Source: Oikopleura dioica
Lineage: Eukaryota; Animalia; Chordata
DNA: 64,000 nucleotides
NCBI GenBank assembly: GCA_907165135.1
Contig: OU015569.1
Span: forward strand, 2,356,001-2,420,000
Direction: 5' to 3'
The position numbers and the translations under genes were made by a program. Of this stretch, positions 49,394 through 62,100 are shown one piece after another. Position 1 is the first letter of the stretch. Each line of letters begins with the position of its first letter. Below the pieces are notes generated by a model. The model was given only the letters and a program-made list of their open reading frames with translations, did not search any database and was not told where the DNA came from.

Positions 49394-50766
49394 CTTCTTT
49401 CGAATATAATTGAATAAATGCGACCCTACTTCCCAAGGCGGTTGATTTCAACTAACTCTCAAGCGCAATGTTCTTCAACGATGCGTCAAAAAAAGGGCTG
49501 GCTCGGGATAAAAAGTCTCGAAGATAGTCGCTAATCGGAGAATCGACCTAATTATGAGGCCCGGGCGACATTTTCGTCATCTAATTGCCCAATCGCGGGC
49601 AATGTTCCACTTCTTCAGATTCCAAAGTTGTGCCCTTTCAAATGCCGGGGATCATTCTTCAGTGACGAGGAGGATGCAGCTGGATTGATTGAGGATGTGA
49701 TGAGTAGAGCTCCAGTTTCGTATTTCCGAAAGGGCTCGCTCACGAGCTCGTCATAAATCAAAAAGAGTATTTAGCGTCAAAATGATCAAAACGCCTCGTC
49801 TAAGCGATTTTATAAAGCACTTTACGAGTTGACTTCAAAGTTGCACGAATGCGAAGTGTTTTTACTAAGTAACAACACGTCCTACTAAAAAACCGCTCGA
49901 TTCTCACGTAAATAGCTTCCGCAGGACAACCGTATAAATTGTGCGAAAACACGTGTTTACGACTCTATAAGAAGACCTATTTGTTACTTCTGGAAGCAAA
50001 GAAACTTCCTCCGTCGCTGGAAGAAATTGGAACCATTGACCTTGATCGTGGGGTGGCTCATTGATTGTCTTATTTCGAAAACGGGCATTCAATAAATCGA
50101 TTCTCCGAAAAACTGGAAGCTCGCTGAAGAAGAACTCTTTGAAAGTTATTTTTTCTACTTCCGATTGTCAAACAAAGAAATGGAAGTATTTTCAATGTTC
50201 CTACGAATTCGTAGTGTTTCTAACAGGAGACGATTTAATATGATGATGGAAGGCTTTAAGGATGTTTTGAAAGGACTTGAAACGCAGTTTAATCGAGTAG
50301 AATGAAGAAGGGAGTAGGAAAGAAGATAAAAGACGATGATAGAAAATGATTTCCACCCTGGGGTGGCGATGTGAGCTTCTGGCGCCTCACAATAAACTCT
50401 CTCCCGCTTTTTTTTCTGATGAGAAAAAAGAGCATCCAGCGACGGTGGCGCGTAGTAGCAGCAACACGACGAGTAACCACTCCACAATTTTTTTCTCTCT
50501 CTCTCTCTCTCAAATTAAGAGCTTCTTGGTCTAGTGGTGAGTAGCGAGTGTGTGTCGCAGCTCACTTTCGGGAAAACCTAACTTAAACGAGCTCGCCGAG
50601 AATTTTGCATTTTTCAAAAACGCTCCGAGCAAAATAAGAAAAAAGAAAAATATAACCACCGCGCTGAGATAAATTCCATTATAGAGAGCAACATCCAACA
50701 CTTCCAAAACACGAAGGAAAGAGAAAGCGGTTTCGAGGGAGGAACTGAGCTCAATTCCAATTTGCA

Positions 50767-52073
50767 ATGACAACTCCTCTTGCGCGAAAATCTGCCCCGG
50801 CGACCAGTTCCACTCAAGGTAATATCAATAATAGAAAGAAGCAATTGCGTCGATCAACTGTTTAGCCGCCGACTTTTACGGGGAAAGAAACACTGGAATC
50901 AGAATGGTTTCCACGGGCAAACTTGACGATGCCGCGGAAGAAGCCCGTAAAAATCTCATCAAGTCCATGGGCAAGAAGCCCCGTAACAGGTTCAAACGAC
51001 TTTTACATTACTCTCAGAGGACTTTTCACTTGTAATTTTACATCAAAACAAGTCTTGGTGATAATAACAACACACGGCGGCGTGTTTAGATAAGGCTGAT
51101 TGCCCTAGTCTCACAATAAGCTCATACTTTTCGAGCTCGAGCGAGTCGAGGGAATCCTGTTCCGCTTCATTTATGGCGGCTCGTTAAGCTTTCCAAAGTG
51201 TATCCTTTGCGCTGCGATCGGCAGATGGCATAGCCTTTTCAGCTAACAGAAATTTTGCGAAAAGAGCATTAATAATTAATTACCCGATGGTAACTATTGA
51301 TTACCGAAAAAAGTATGTCAGGAAATCATAAAATAATTGAAAGCCCCTATTGAGGGTAGGAGAATGGCAATACGCATCCTTAGGTTAATTAGGTTAATCT
51401 TATTGGGTGTCCATTTTTCGGCAAATTAGATTTTTGTGGAGTGATCAATTTGACACTGATTTCAGCGTCACTGACAGATGGAAGCCCAAAGAAGAGCCCA
51501 CTCAGGTGAGAGTTTGTTATTCTCAATATATCTCGGGGCTTAGCCCTTATTGTCATTTAAATTCTTTGTGCGTGAGTTCTGTACTCAAGACGAACTTAAG
51601 GAACAAAAGATTGGGCCGGACCAGAAGATTCAAAACTCGTACTCTGCGTACGAACAAAGGCGCAACTCGCGAATCGCCGAACGCACGGAGCAACTCAAGA
51701 AACTCCAAAAGGAACAGGAAGAAAAAGAAGCGGAAAGAATGGCCCGCATCGAGAAGCGTCGCAATGAGAGGTAAAAACAACAGATTCTCTTCTTTGTCTT
51801 CACTTGAAGAAATTCCAATTATGGATTTACTAGATTGCCTTATCCACCGAAAGATAAGCGTAAAAGCGTCTCAGAAGCGTATTGAAAAGGCCCGTCCAGT
51901 GGAATCACATTGAGTTAATCTCGGCGCCAGGCTTAGATTACTGCCTTTAATTGACTCATTACTTCAGATTGTCGTCAATCGGTGGTGTCGGGGAACCGGA
52001 TCTGGCAAACGGCGTTAAAGATCTCAAAATTGGCGCAGGCGTGTCAAGGAATGTGCTCAATTTCGAATCCTAG
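50767..52073 (+). CDS. Small coiled-coil protein with an N-terminal histone-H3-like ARKSAPAT motif
   Basis: Exons 50767-50818, 50866-50989, 51466-51505, 51577-51770 and 51968-52073 join in frame via GT-AG introns: MTTPLARKSAPATSSTQAADFYG...KKPRNSVTDRWKP...EQLKKLQKEQEEKEAERMARIEKRRNER.... A possible alternative last exon lies near 51833-51886. Confidence 0.72.
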
Positions 52074-53455
52074 AATCACTTTCGTTTCATAATTTTTCTA
52101 TTGTTGAGCAGTGGAAACAGTTCTAGTGTGCCAGCTTCGCGAAAAACCGCTCCTCTTCCAGCTTCTCTCGACGAAACTAGTAATTATCCCCGCCTTTCTC
52201 ATCGCTAATGTGGAGCAAAAAAAATACAAAATACAGATTTCACCCTGTCAAACCAAAATTACAGAAAAAGAGTTTTCAAATTTTCGTGAATTAACAACCT
52301 CTTCGTTCCTAAATTGTAATCGTTTACGCATGATATAGGACTCTTATTGACTGCTCATTATGGAAATAAAATTGCACTAGATGAAAAGCTAATTAGAGCT
52401 TTTAGAGAGTTGGAATTTTCAATTGTCCTATTCTCAAGCCTGTTCAATCTTTTCTTTCTCGTGCCTACAAAAAATGGTATAAATCCAATACTTGATCGGT
52501 AAGATCACTCTTGTAGACATCTTGGAAGCTTCGTGATCGTCTTTTGAAGAAAATAAGTACCTAAGGGAGCAAGTTGAAGTTGCTGTGTTGATTAAATCAT
52601 GCCCAGAATTTTGTTGCAAGGTTGCCGTCTTCGAAGTTCAAACTGCTTCTCAGAAAATTCGCGATTCAAGCTTGCTGATATTTTTTGAAAAAAAAAATGA
52701 TAAACAAACCGCAGAAGATTCTCTTTTTTCTTTTCTGCAGCTTAGGGTTAGACCCGATGCAAGATTGAGATTCACCTCAATCTTGCGCAGGTGAGCAGCA
52801 AGGCGATAGTGTCGAATCTCGGGAAGCGGTCTCGATTCTAAATCGCGCAAAAAGGTCGAATTCGAAAAACTGCAGTTGGAAGGAAATAGACAGAAAGAGA
52901 GAAATAGCTTCTAAGGCACAAACAAGCCGTCTAAAGGAGGCCGAACGCGGCAGAATTTACTAGTAACTGCCACCATCATTGGTATACTGTTGGATAATCT
53001 GACAGTGATCCGTTCCATGACAAACCGCGCCCATAATATTTTCGCTTTCTGAATACGCAAGAACAAGTGCACCGCACAGTTTATTTCTCTAAAAACGGAA
53101 ACGAAAGATTGTGAAACCATGATCTTGCAAAATCATCCCTTTTCTTACGAAAAAAAACGAACCTGGTGTGAAAAAGAAAGAAAGGATCGCGCGAATTCGG
53201 ATTTCCCGCAGCGGATCAGAGCCCGAGAATCATGCGATTGTTGCAGCTTAGGTTAACTGGCTCACGTTGGACATTATCAGACGGCGGCCGTGAGAGGATA
53301 ATAAGAAATATTAAGCCATAGGATTAATTCCCTCTCTACTAGAGAGACTAGAGAGTCTCTAGTCTAAAGAGTAGATAGCCCGAATCAAAGCGACTTTCCA
53401 AGTTCACGAAAAAGGGGAACTGAATTAGCTAATCAACGAGCTGATCAACGAATAG

Positions 53456-54229
53456 TATCCATCTCGGGACGACAAAGCTCGTCTTGCAAAATGCCTCAAC
53501 ATAGCTGAAAACAAGATTCAAGTATGGTTTCAAAATCGTCGAGCTCGAGACAGGTCCTAAAACTTTTGGGAGCTTTATTTAAATTTTCACAATTTTAAGG
53601 CGACCTAGAGGGAATCGCCGCAAAAGATTGGGACATCATGGAATGCCATTTCCGCCGTTCTCCCTGGGTCATCCGTAAGTTAAAAATTTTTTGTCTTTGA
53701 GCTCATGTCATCATTTTTTAAGATCGCCCTTCAACTCAGGATTCTTTTCATCGAGTAGTGATGGGCATGCGCCACAGATGTACCCCCCGCAGAACTTCAA
53801 CTGGCCGAAAATCAATTTTTCTTCACATTGTGAGTACTTCTGTGAATTTAATAATTAATCGACAGTAATGATAATTAGTAATATGCCGCCTTTGGTCTTA
53901 ACTTAAGCTAATGACAAATGAACGCATATTGGCTATCCTGGAGCATATTTATTTTAGATACGAACATATTTCCACAGAGCTGGTCGGCACCCTCCTTCGA
54001 AATACCACAACAACTTAACTCATTCGATAGGTACTTAATTTCAATGTTTAAAATCACGTAACCGATCCCAAGAACTGACCTGATGAGACTCAAACAATCA
54101 GAAGTCGCTTCGTCTCTCCAGTGGAGCAACAGTTCTTCAGTCGATTCCGACGTCTCTATTACGCCTCATACTCAGCATGTGACTGAGATTCCAAATGACA
54201 CTGACGGTGACTTCACTGATAACACATAG
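53456..54229 (+). CDS. Divergent homeobox transcription factor (helices 2-3 and C-terminal exons; N-terminal exons unresolved)
   Basis: Exon 53456-53553 encodes YPSRDDKARLAKCLNIAENKIQVWFQNRRARDR (Q50). Pro/Ser-rich exons follow, with a stop at 54227-54229. Confidence 0.85.
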
Positions 54230-54539
54230 CATTGATGCGACTGTTCTTTACATTTTTGCATGCATTTTCTATGAAATTCAAGGCCCTGCAATAATTAATA
54301 AATACACTTGATGTTTACAACTTTGATAAGCGTTCTTTTTACTTATCACCAAATGATTGAGATCTTTTTGTTTATTTGTGAAGCCTTCACAGTGAAGGCT
54401 TTGAAGAAACTGAGTCAAAACTGTTCATTGAGTGGTGGGCAGTATTATGACAGTTATAAATATGTTTGTTTTATAGCTACATAGAAAGTAAGAACTTGAA
54501 ACGGAATTCAATTGAAGATATTTTGTATAACTCAAATTT

Positions 54540-56025
54540 AGCACGATTTTAGTATAAATTGATGTGTATGTTCTTCAGCGTCTTTGTCTTGGATGACAAG
54601 TGTAGTCATATTTCTTCGAAAAAGACGCTATCCTATAGTTAGTGTAGTCCTCCGCAAAGTAAGGCTCGCATCCATTCATTCCCCCTCTAACGGCATCTAA
54701 CCGTGAAAAAAGTCCCTAAATAAGAAAGTTAAATGAAAAAAAAAACAAATATTATTCTTACGATCGGAACGGAATCATTGCCTTCTTCGTCGACAAGTGT
54801 TTCCTTTAAAAGTTTAATGTGGAACACTGGATATTCATCAGGATCACTTCTATTATCTGTCACAAAGCCCAATAGATACGAATATCTATGACAGACGCTC
54901 CAGTTTATGTCGCTACAAAACTTGCTCGCCATCGCTAGTTCTTGATCGTCTGTGATTTCAATATCAGCCATGAGAATCGGTAGGGCGGTCGCTGGGCACT
55001 GAAAGAACAATCAAAATGATGGAGTCTTAGCTGACTGACCTGAAAGGCGAATTTAGGTGGAAAATACAAATCTCCGACATCTACCTCCTCGTGATAACCA
55101 TAATCTACATAGTAACACCAAAGCCGGTAATCGTCATTATTCATCAACTTCTGATGGCGAGTAGGTTTTAGCCCGGGCGCGGATTCGAAAAAGAATCGCC
55201 TTCTTTCAAAGTATGATCTATGGTTGAGGTCAAACCACTTTCCGTGTTGAATGATTACTCGGTCGACCGCCTCGATACCTTCAGTACATTTAAGCAGCAA
55301 CATATTGGGCTTGAGATGTTGTTCTCTTCCTCGAACAGCGTATGGCGGCGGTAGTGATACAGTCGGTCGACTAGAATTCATTCCTCCGATTTCTTTTCGT
55401 CGCTCGTCTGCGAACTTCTGTAGCTTTTTAGTCATTTCCGATTCCATCAAATAGTATTCGTCGTCGGTGGTCCTCCGTATTTTTACAGCCATTTTTCGAC
55501 AGCTGACAAGGAACCCCGACTGAGCGTTTAGCAAAAAAGTTTTGCCATCTTCATCGCGATACTTCGCCTCTTCGAATATTTTCCATTTTTCTTCTCGCCA
55601 CAATTTCTGGTCTTGATCAGTCGCGATAGTTTCCAATTCAAAATTTTCAAGAGACGGACCAGTTTCGTTCGTTATTTTTTTCCCAAATAAATTGCGGTGT
55701 TGACGCCAGACCGGGTCTGAATCAAGGATAAAAAAGTCCATTTTCTTTTACTTACGCGACGATGGCTATCTCTTCAATGTTTTGAGCAGAGCGATCTTTA
55801 TATGCGGCCATTTCTTTCAAATGGGAAGCATACGGACTTGTTACCAAGTACAAAAGCATCTCTTCGTGGCCTTCAGCGATCGACTCCGGATATTGATAGG
55901 GCAGTCTAAATTTCGTCTGCTAAAGAGAAATGTTTTTGAAAGAGCCCACCTGAGAACAGCAAACGCATCGTACCCCTGATGAACTCTTGTTTGCTTATTT
56001 GCCCTTCGTAATTCTTCCGATCCAT
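54540..56025 (-). CDS. Hypothetical multi-exon lineage-specific protein
   Basis: 268-codon (54935-55741) and 93-codon (54729-55010) open frames separated by short GT-AG introns, plus a further exon at about 55760-55925. Joining frames not fully resolved. Confidence 0.5.
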
Positions 56026-56196
56026 CCAAGAGAGAGAACAATTTGACGAGAAGACTTGATGCCACACGGTCCGCTCGTAGTGTCTGAGCGAGTCTGTTGA
56101 TTCGGCGGTTCTGTTTCAGAGGCTGCGGTGCGGTCTTTCTCTGTTGCTATCTTGTACGAGCTGTGACGAATGAGAAGTAGTGCCCCCCACTAACAA

Positions 56197-59100
56197 ATGG
56201 TGGTGGAGGACGATGATGAACTGAATTCATCTTCCCGTCGCAAAAATAGAACAGAAGATGCAAGGATAAATGAGGATGAAAGAACAACATCCTCATGGTC
56301 TAACAAAAACGGTCAAAATACCCCCACGCAGCCAGAGCGTGGTAGGCGGTTAGACTCAAAAAGCACCGATGACGTGGAGGGTGACAGCAGGTCGAGCAGA
56401 TGGGATCTCGGAGGCGAGCGTCGCCTCGTCAACACGAAAGATGACCATAAAAGCCGATCATGGATATCAGAGAAATTCAACGAGCCTCAGGAATTGAGGT
56501 TCCTCCCTCCATGCACTCCACGTCGCAGAGCGCGAAGCGAGGACGAGTCGATGATGATGAGTCCCAAGCCAAAAAGTCAAGAGACGACCCTCACAACCAA
56601 TCACCACCTGCTAGAGGCTACACTCCGAGTTTCCGCGGTAAGAACAAAAGAGGCCGTGGACGTGGTAGAGGACGTGGCGCTGGCAGAGGCTCGGCCTTCC
56701 GGGCAAACAGAGGTGAGCTTTCAAAACGTACCCATTATATCAAACCCCTTTTCACAAGGCACGCAACGGGAACATGGCCAAGACAACATCAATCGGCCCA
56801 ACCAACCGCGTCGGCTCTTTGCTGGAATAGGAATCGATGATGGACGGGCGTCATCCTCGACCAATGACGCCGAAAGGAACACCAAAATTGTGAGGATCGA
56901 AGACATTAGGCACTATCCAGAGAATATCCCCATGGTAGAAGAACTTTTCGACGAGCGGGGAAAATTCCTCAGAAAGGAAAACGGGCACAATTACATCGCC
57001 AGCTCGGCTAAGGAACTTCTCACATACGAATACACCATGGACAAGATGATCATATTCAAAAAGGTCAAGTTTCACGAAGAGCGCTTTTACGAGGACATCA
57101 TCGCGAATGGAAGATTCCCACGAACTGGAATCATGCTCGACATGGACTGGATCCCCCCAAGCTGGAAGAATATGGAGTATGACCTTCATATAATCACATC
57201 GGTCACAGTATTCGTGATGCAAGACACACTCGACAAATTGTGCATCCCAATGAAAGATATCAAATCCATGATAGTCATCAAAGAGGACGGTTCACTAGTA
57301 CCCCTCAACTCAGGGGCGCTAACAGAAAACAAGAAGGCAACTGTAAGGGGCATACAGTTCTACTCTACAGTCTCCGCGCTGAAGATGATAACGCTGGCCA
57401 ACGAGTGCCTGTCGCCGGTAGACCCCTTCTACGGCTGCAATAAGATACCTAGAATGGCGATGTTCTGGTGCTCCACAGAGCGCAAAGACAGATTGGGGCA
57501 CTCGGCAATGGTTGCCACTCCCAATTGTGGAAAGACGATCATCGAAGTTCTATGCGCCGTCCTGAAACGCTACATGTACTACATTCGGAAATGCGGAGAA
57601 TTCTACACCTTTCACAGCAAGAGCAACGTCATCAACGTTCTCCCGCTACGAACTATCTTCGACCTGTCACTCAAGGAAATGGAGGATGAGAAATTCTCTC
57701 CCTCGTATGACAGGTTCAAGGATTGGATGAACCTCTACAAACCCTACGTGTTCGACAGAAGATGCGCGGCCATGTCAGTGTCCATTGAGAGATTCCATCA
57801 TCAAATGACCAAAACGGTACTCGCAATGCAAGAATACCATCTGGGCCGTGGCAACTCGCACTGGTTTACTATGTCCACCGACGACGCGTTCAAGATGAAG
57901 GTGAAGGATCAACAAGAGATCGCCAACGTCACGGAGGGAAAGATTACGATCGCCGATGTTGGTGCCAACCCTGACATTGGCATGTTTCGACCTGAGATCG
58001 CCAAAAGAAAAGGGGTATTTATGAACGATCTTGACAGGGTACGAGACGAACCAAGAGCGTGTGACAGCATCAAGCACATGGCCGGCGGCTCAGTTCAGGA
58101 GGTATCCGACGAACTCAAAAGAGTGGTCGAACAAACAAAGGACCAAGAGGAGGCTATCTCCAACGTCATGCTTTTCAGTCACTCCAACAACCGACAAGCC
58201 CTGAACTTTATGATCGAGATGCAAGCTATTAACACCAAACACGCAACTACGGTAGAGGAGAAGAGTGAAAAGCAAAATCTACTCGCCAAAATGCAAATCT
58301 ATCGAAAAGAGCACAAGCTCCTATTCGACACCGACCCAACGTTGCTGGGAACTGTTAAAAGAAGTGTCGGGGAGCAGATAGAATGGGGCGTAAATACGAG
58401 GAACGCGAACGGCGATAAATACCGGGTGCCAATTGCTGAATACCTCAAGGATGGACAAGGCGATCAAACGACGAAAATCGCGACTATCAAGACGAAGGAC
58501 CCGGAGTATAAATTCAACATTGCTGAATTCTACATGCAAGCCGGAAGTGAAGTCGCCCAGAAGTACATCCCTCCTGTCAAGGAAGATGCGAGGGTTCAAC
58601 CGATGGATGATGATGAAGCACCATCCTCCGTCCAAAACATTAGCCATCCCTTAGATAAATGTCAGAATGATGGTACATCGTCTATGGGCAGGGAGAGCAA
58701 AGGAGAGGACACAGATCTGGAATCGCTCCTAGATGAAGATGAAAAGAAGAAATCTCTGGAAGCAGCGAAGCTCACCGAGCCCAAACAATACCTGATTAAA
58801 CAAATGATGAAAGCAGCGAATGTGAGGATGTCAGCCTTCACGGACGATGATGCCTCTGAGGTATCGGTCTTCTGCAGCGCAGTCAGCCCGCCGGATGTGG
58901 CCAACGTAGCTGAAGTGGTGACTCCGAACCTAGTACAAATTTCAAAGATAGACAAAGGAAAGCCAGTGGACAAGGAAGTCATCGAAAACACCGGGTCTAT
59001 CGTAAGCAATGCTAAGGCAAAATGGAACGCCATCTCACCCGCCGAGGAAGAATCGTCATGGAGGAACACGGTCGCTGTCTATAGATCCGCGGATGAATTC

Positions 59101-62100
59101 CTGGAGAAAGAGAACCTTCAATCGTACCCCGACCCTGAGGCGTTCACGAAGGCTCAGACATTGGCGGAGTGTGCAAGGACTGACCTGGAAAACACGATTA
59201 GGAGATACATACAGTCTAGCAACAAAAATGACATTAACACGGCCTGTCGGAAATGGCAATCCCTGATTTACGGACTAAGGGGATCTCTGATTAATCGATT
59301 GGAGAAACTCATCAACTGCGCGGAGGGCGAGTCTGCAGCCTCTTTAGGCCTAAACGACCCGGAAAAGCTCAAAGAATGGAACGGTTTCCTGAGAGCAAAC
59401 CGGAACTTCAGGGAGGTGTTACACGACCCTGAGAAGCTAACCGTGCTTCATTGCTGCGACCCGGACGTCCTATCTCAAGACATGCCAGTCCCCAAATCAC
59501 TAGCGATCTACAACTATGTGAAACTGGCTGGAATGGAGATGAACATCGACTGCACAAAGACGTGTGCCAACATCGTCATGAGCCAGCTGGTCGCGCTTGG
59601 ACTAATCGTCACTAGCAGAAGAACTCACGCTGCAGTATACAATCCGGGCGAGCTGCCGGGACAACATCTTCTTAAATCGAAGCCCATCTTTGTTAGAGTA
59701 ATTAAGGTAGGCCCAGATTTTACACACAAAAGGTGGTTAATGGCCAAAGAGTTTGTAAGGACAGTTGCAATTAAGGAGTACAAGCAAGAACTTGACTTCA
59801 CTATAGACGACGTCCCCGACCTAGCCATGAATGAGCCACTTTTTCAGCTGTTTATAAATGAATTCTGGAGGAAGGTGGTGGCTAACAACCTCACGCTGGG
59901 GTTTAGAATCTGGATGAGGAAGCATGACTATCTAACATCATGCTCTTTTAGGGGTCTCACTAACGAAGATGACTCAAACTGTACAGACGGACTACCAGAC
60001 CTCCCCCATCCCCCACTCACCATCACCTTCAAACAATTCAAGAACCTGTGCGAGATACAAAGAATGAAGAACAAAACACACAAGGTAAATGATATCATTA
60101 GAAGTGGAGAGGTACCCAAAATGCCAATTAGTCATGATATTCCATCCCCCCATGTATTTGCCAAAGGGAGAGGCCTAGAAGGAGTATTACCTGCGGCTGA
60201 GAATCTCCCCAAACTTAAACGATCGAGTAAAAACATCATCCCAACTGAAGGGGATCTAGAGAAAGCCGTGACAGAACATAATGAAAAGGTTGTCTCTGCT
60301 GCAGACAACCTAACAGTTGTATGCGCCAATCTTGGAAAGTGCTCCACGCTGGACAAGATTAAAAAACTGGTCAGAAGGCACCGAGGAGCCCACATCTTCA
60401 CGGTGGCAGAGTTGTTTATCGAAAGAGATATGGCGTTAGACAGAGATAATTGGCCCGACGGATATCGTATACTGGCAGGCCAAGGGTCGACTGATGGGAA
60501 AAACCAATGCTTTTCCTTGATAGTAATTAGGTCTAACATAAAGGTTCTAAGGACAATCAACTGTCTACATCAAAACGCTGGGGCGCTATTGGACGTCAAC
60601 GGCATCGAGATCTACATATTCTCAGTATACAACTTCTGCAACTCAGCCTTCGATGGGTACAAGAACAAGTTCGGCGTCAGCAGAGATGTCCTATACGAAG
60701 ACCTCAACAAAATGAGGATGATGAGCACCGACCATCCTGCTATAATCGCAGGTGACTTTAATGTACAAGTCAATAATCCTAGGTGTCATGAGAGGAGTCA
60801 AGCGGACAAGATCCAGGCAGCAATGGACGGGTTCGAAAGGCTCACTAACTTCGTTACATTCAGGAGAGACTGTAAGAATGGGCGCACGATGGAGAGCTGT
60901 ATCGATCATATCTACTTCTCACCCGGGAAAATCGACACCAACGAGATCTCCTGCAAGCCTGCCGATCACAGGACATCACTCGGGTCAGACGGTCACTGCG
61001 GAGTCATCTGCGAAATCCCAATCAGAGCTCCCGAAGGCAAAATATGGAAACTCTGGAAGGTACCGGACCAGAAGGAGAAAGATGAATGTTATAAAATAGG
61101 TATGAAAATGATGCTAAATAATATCGAAAAACTAGATAGGATGAAAGGCGACATGGATGAGGTCCAGCTAAGGCATGAAATTTTGGTGCAATATGCTCAG
61201 AAAACTCGGCCACTAGTCGACAAAATTAAGGTAACAGATCCTTATAAAATTGTGCAATCAAAAGCTACCAAAGAATGGCTGCAAGCTGGCTTCTACATCG
61301 AAAACCTCATAAAACAGAGCAAGATCGACGAAGTGCCACGAAGATGGTGGATCAGCATCGTCGACCTGTGGAATGAAATAAAGAAGATGATTGTGAAACT
61401 GAAGTGCGCGGACCGTAGATACCATCTTGCAAGAAAGTGTGACCCCGAGGAGCTATCTCTAACCGACTCTTGGGGCCTCTTTGGGCGCGAAATCAAGACA
61501 GCGAATGCACTCAGCATAGACGGCACGCCAAACCAGATTGCCGAAGAATTCGTACAATTACAGAGAAACACGAGTCCGGAGCTAGAAGGTTGTGTCGGAG
61601 ACAAAGACGACCGCCTAACCACGTTACCAAAAGTATGTATAGAAAGATTCCGCGTGCACCCATGCGGAAAACTGCCAGCACTGGTAACAGTGTATAAAAA
61701 GTCCAAAAAAGCGACATGTGATGTCTTTAATATTAATAAGACTTGTCTAGAAACGCTGCCGCTCATAGGAGTACTGACGCTGGTCATCATGCCTGTAATG
61801 CTTGCTCTTCGAAACGGTAAGCTACTAAGAGTATGGAACTGCAACAGGGTAGTCCCAATACTTAAAAAGAACCTAAAGAAGCGACCTATAACCATCGCGT
61901 CCACAATAGGCAGTCTGGCAGAGAAAATGGTCTGCAAAACCTTCACGGACTATGTAATGCACTATGGCATAGTACCAAGTGTACAGTTTGGGTTTCGAAA
62001 AGCAAACAGCTGCGGAGCGGCTGTGTACCACTGTGCCAAGACGTTGTCCATGGCCATAGCTCCACAATTTGTGGATCATTGCGGCAGACAATTAGAGGAA

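Noticed and set aside
53345-53365. Perfect 10-bp hairpin AGACTAGAGA-G-TCTCTAGTCT upstream of the homeobox exon
   Set aside because: Single short palindrome in AG-rich low-complexity sequence; no supporting evidence of function.
53380-53455. Homeodomain helix 1 read through two TAG codons (ELN*LINELINE*Y), suggesting stop-codon reassignment
   Set aside because: It also needs a frameshift, the stretch is a 12-nt tandem duplication ending in an AG acceptor, and TAG terminates other genes in the window.
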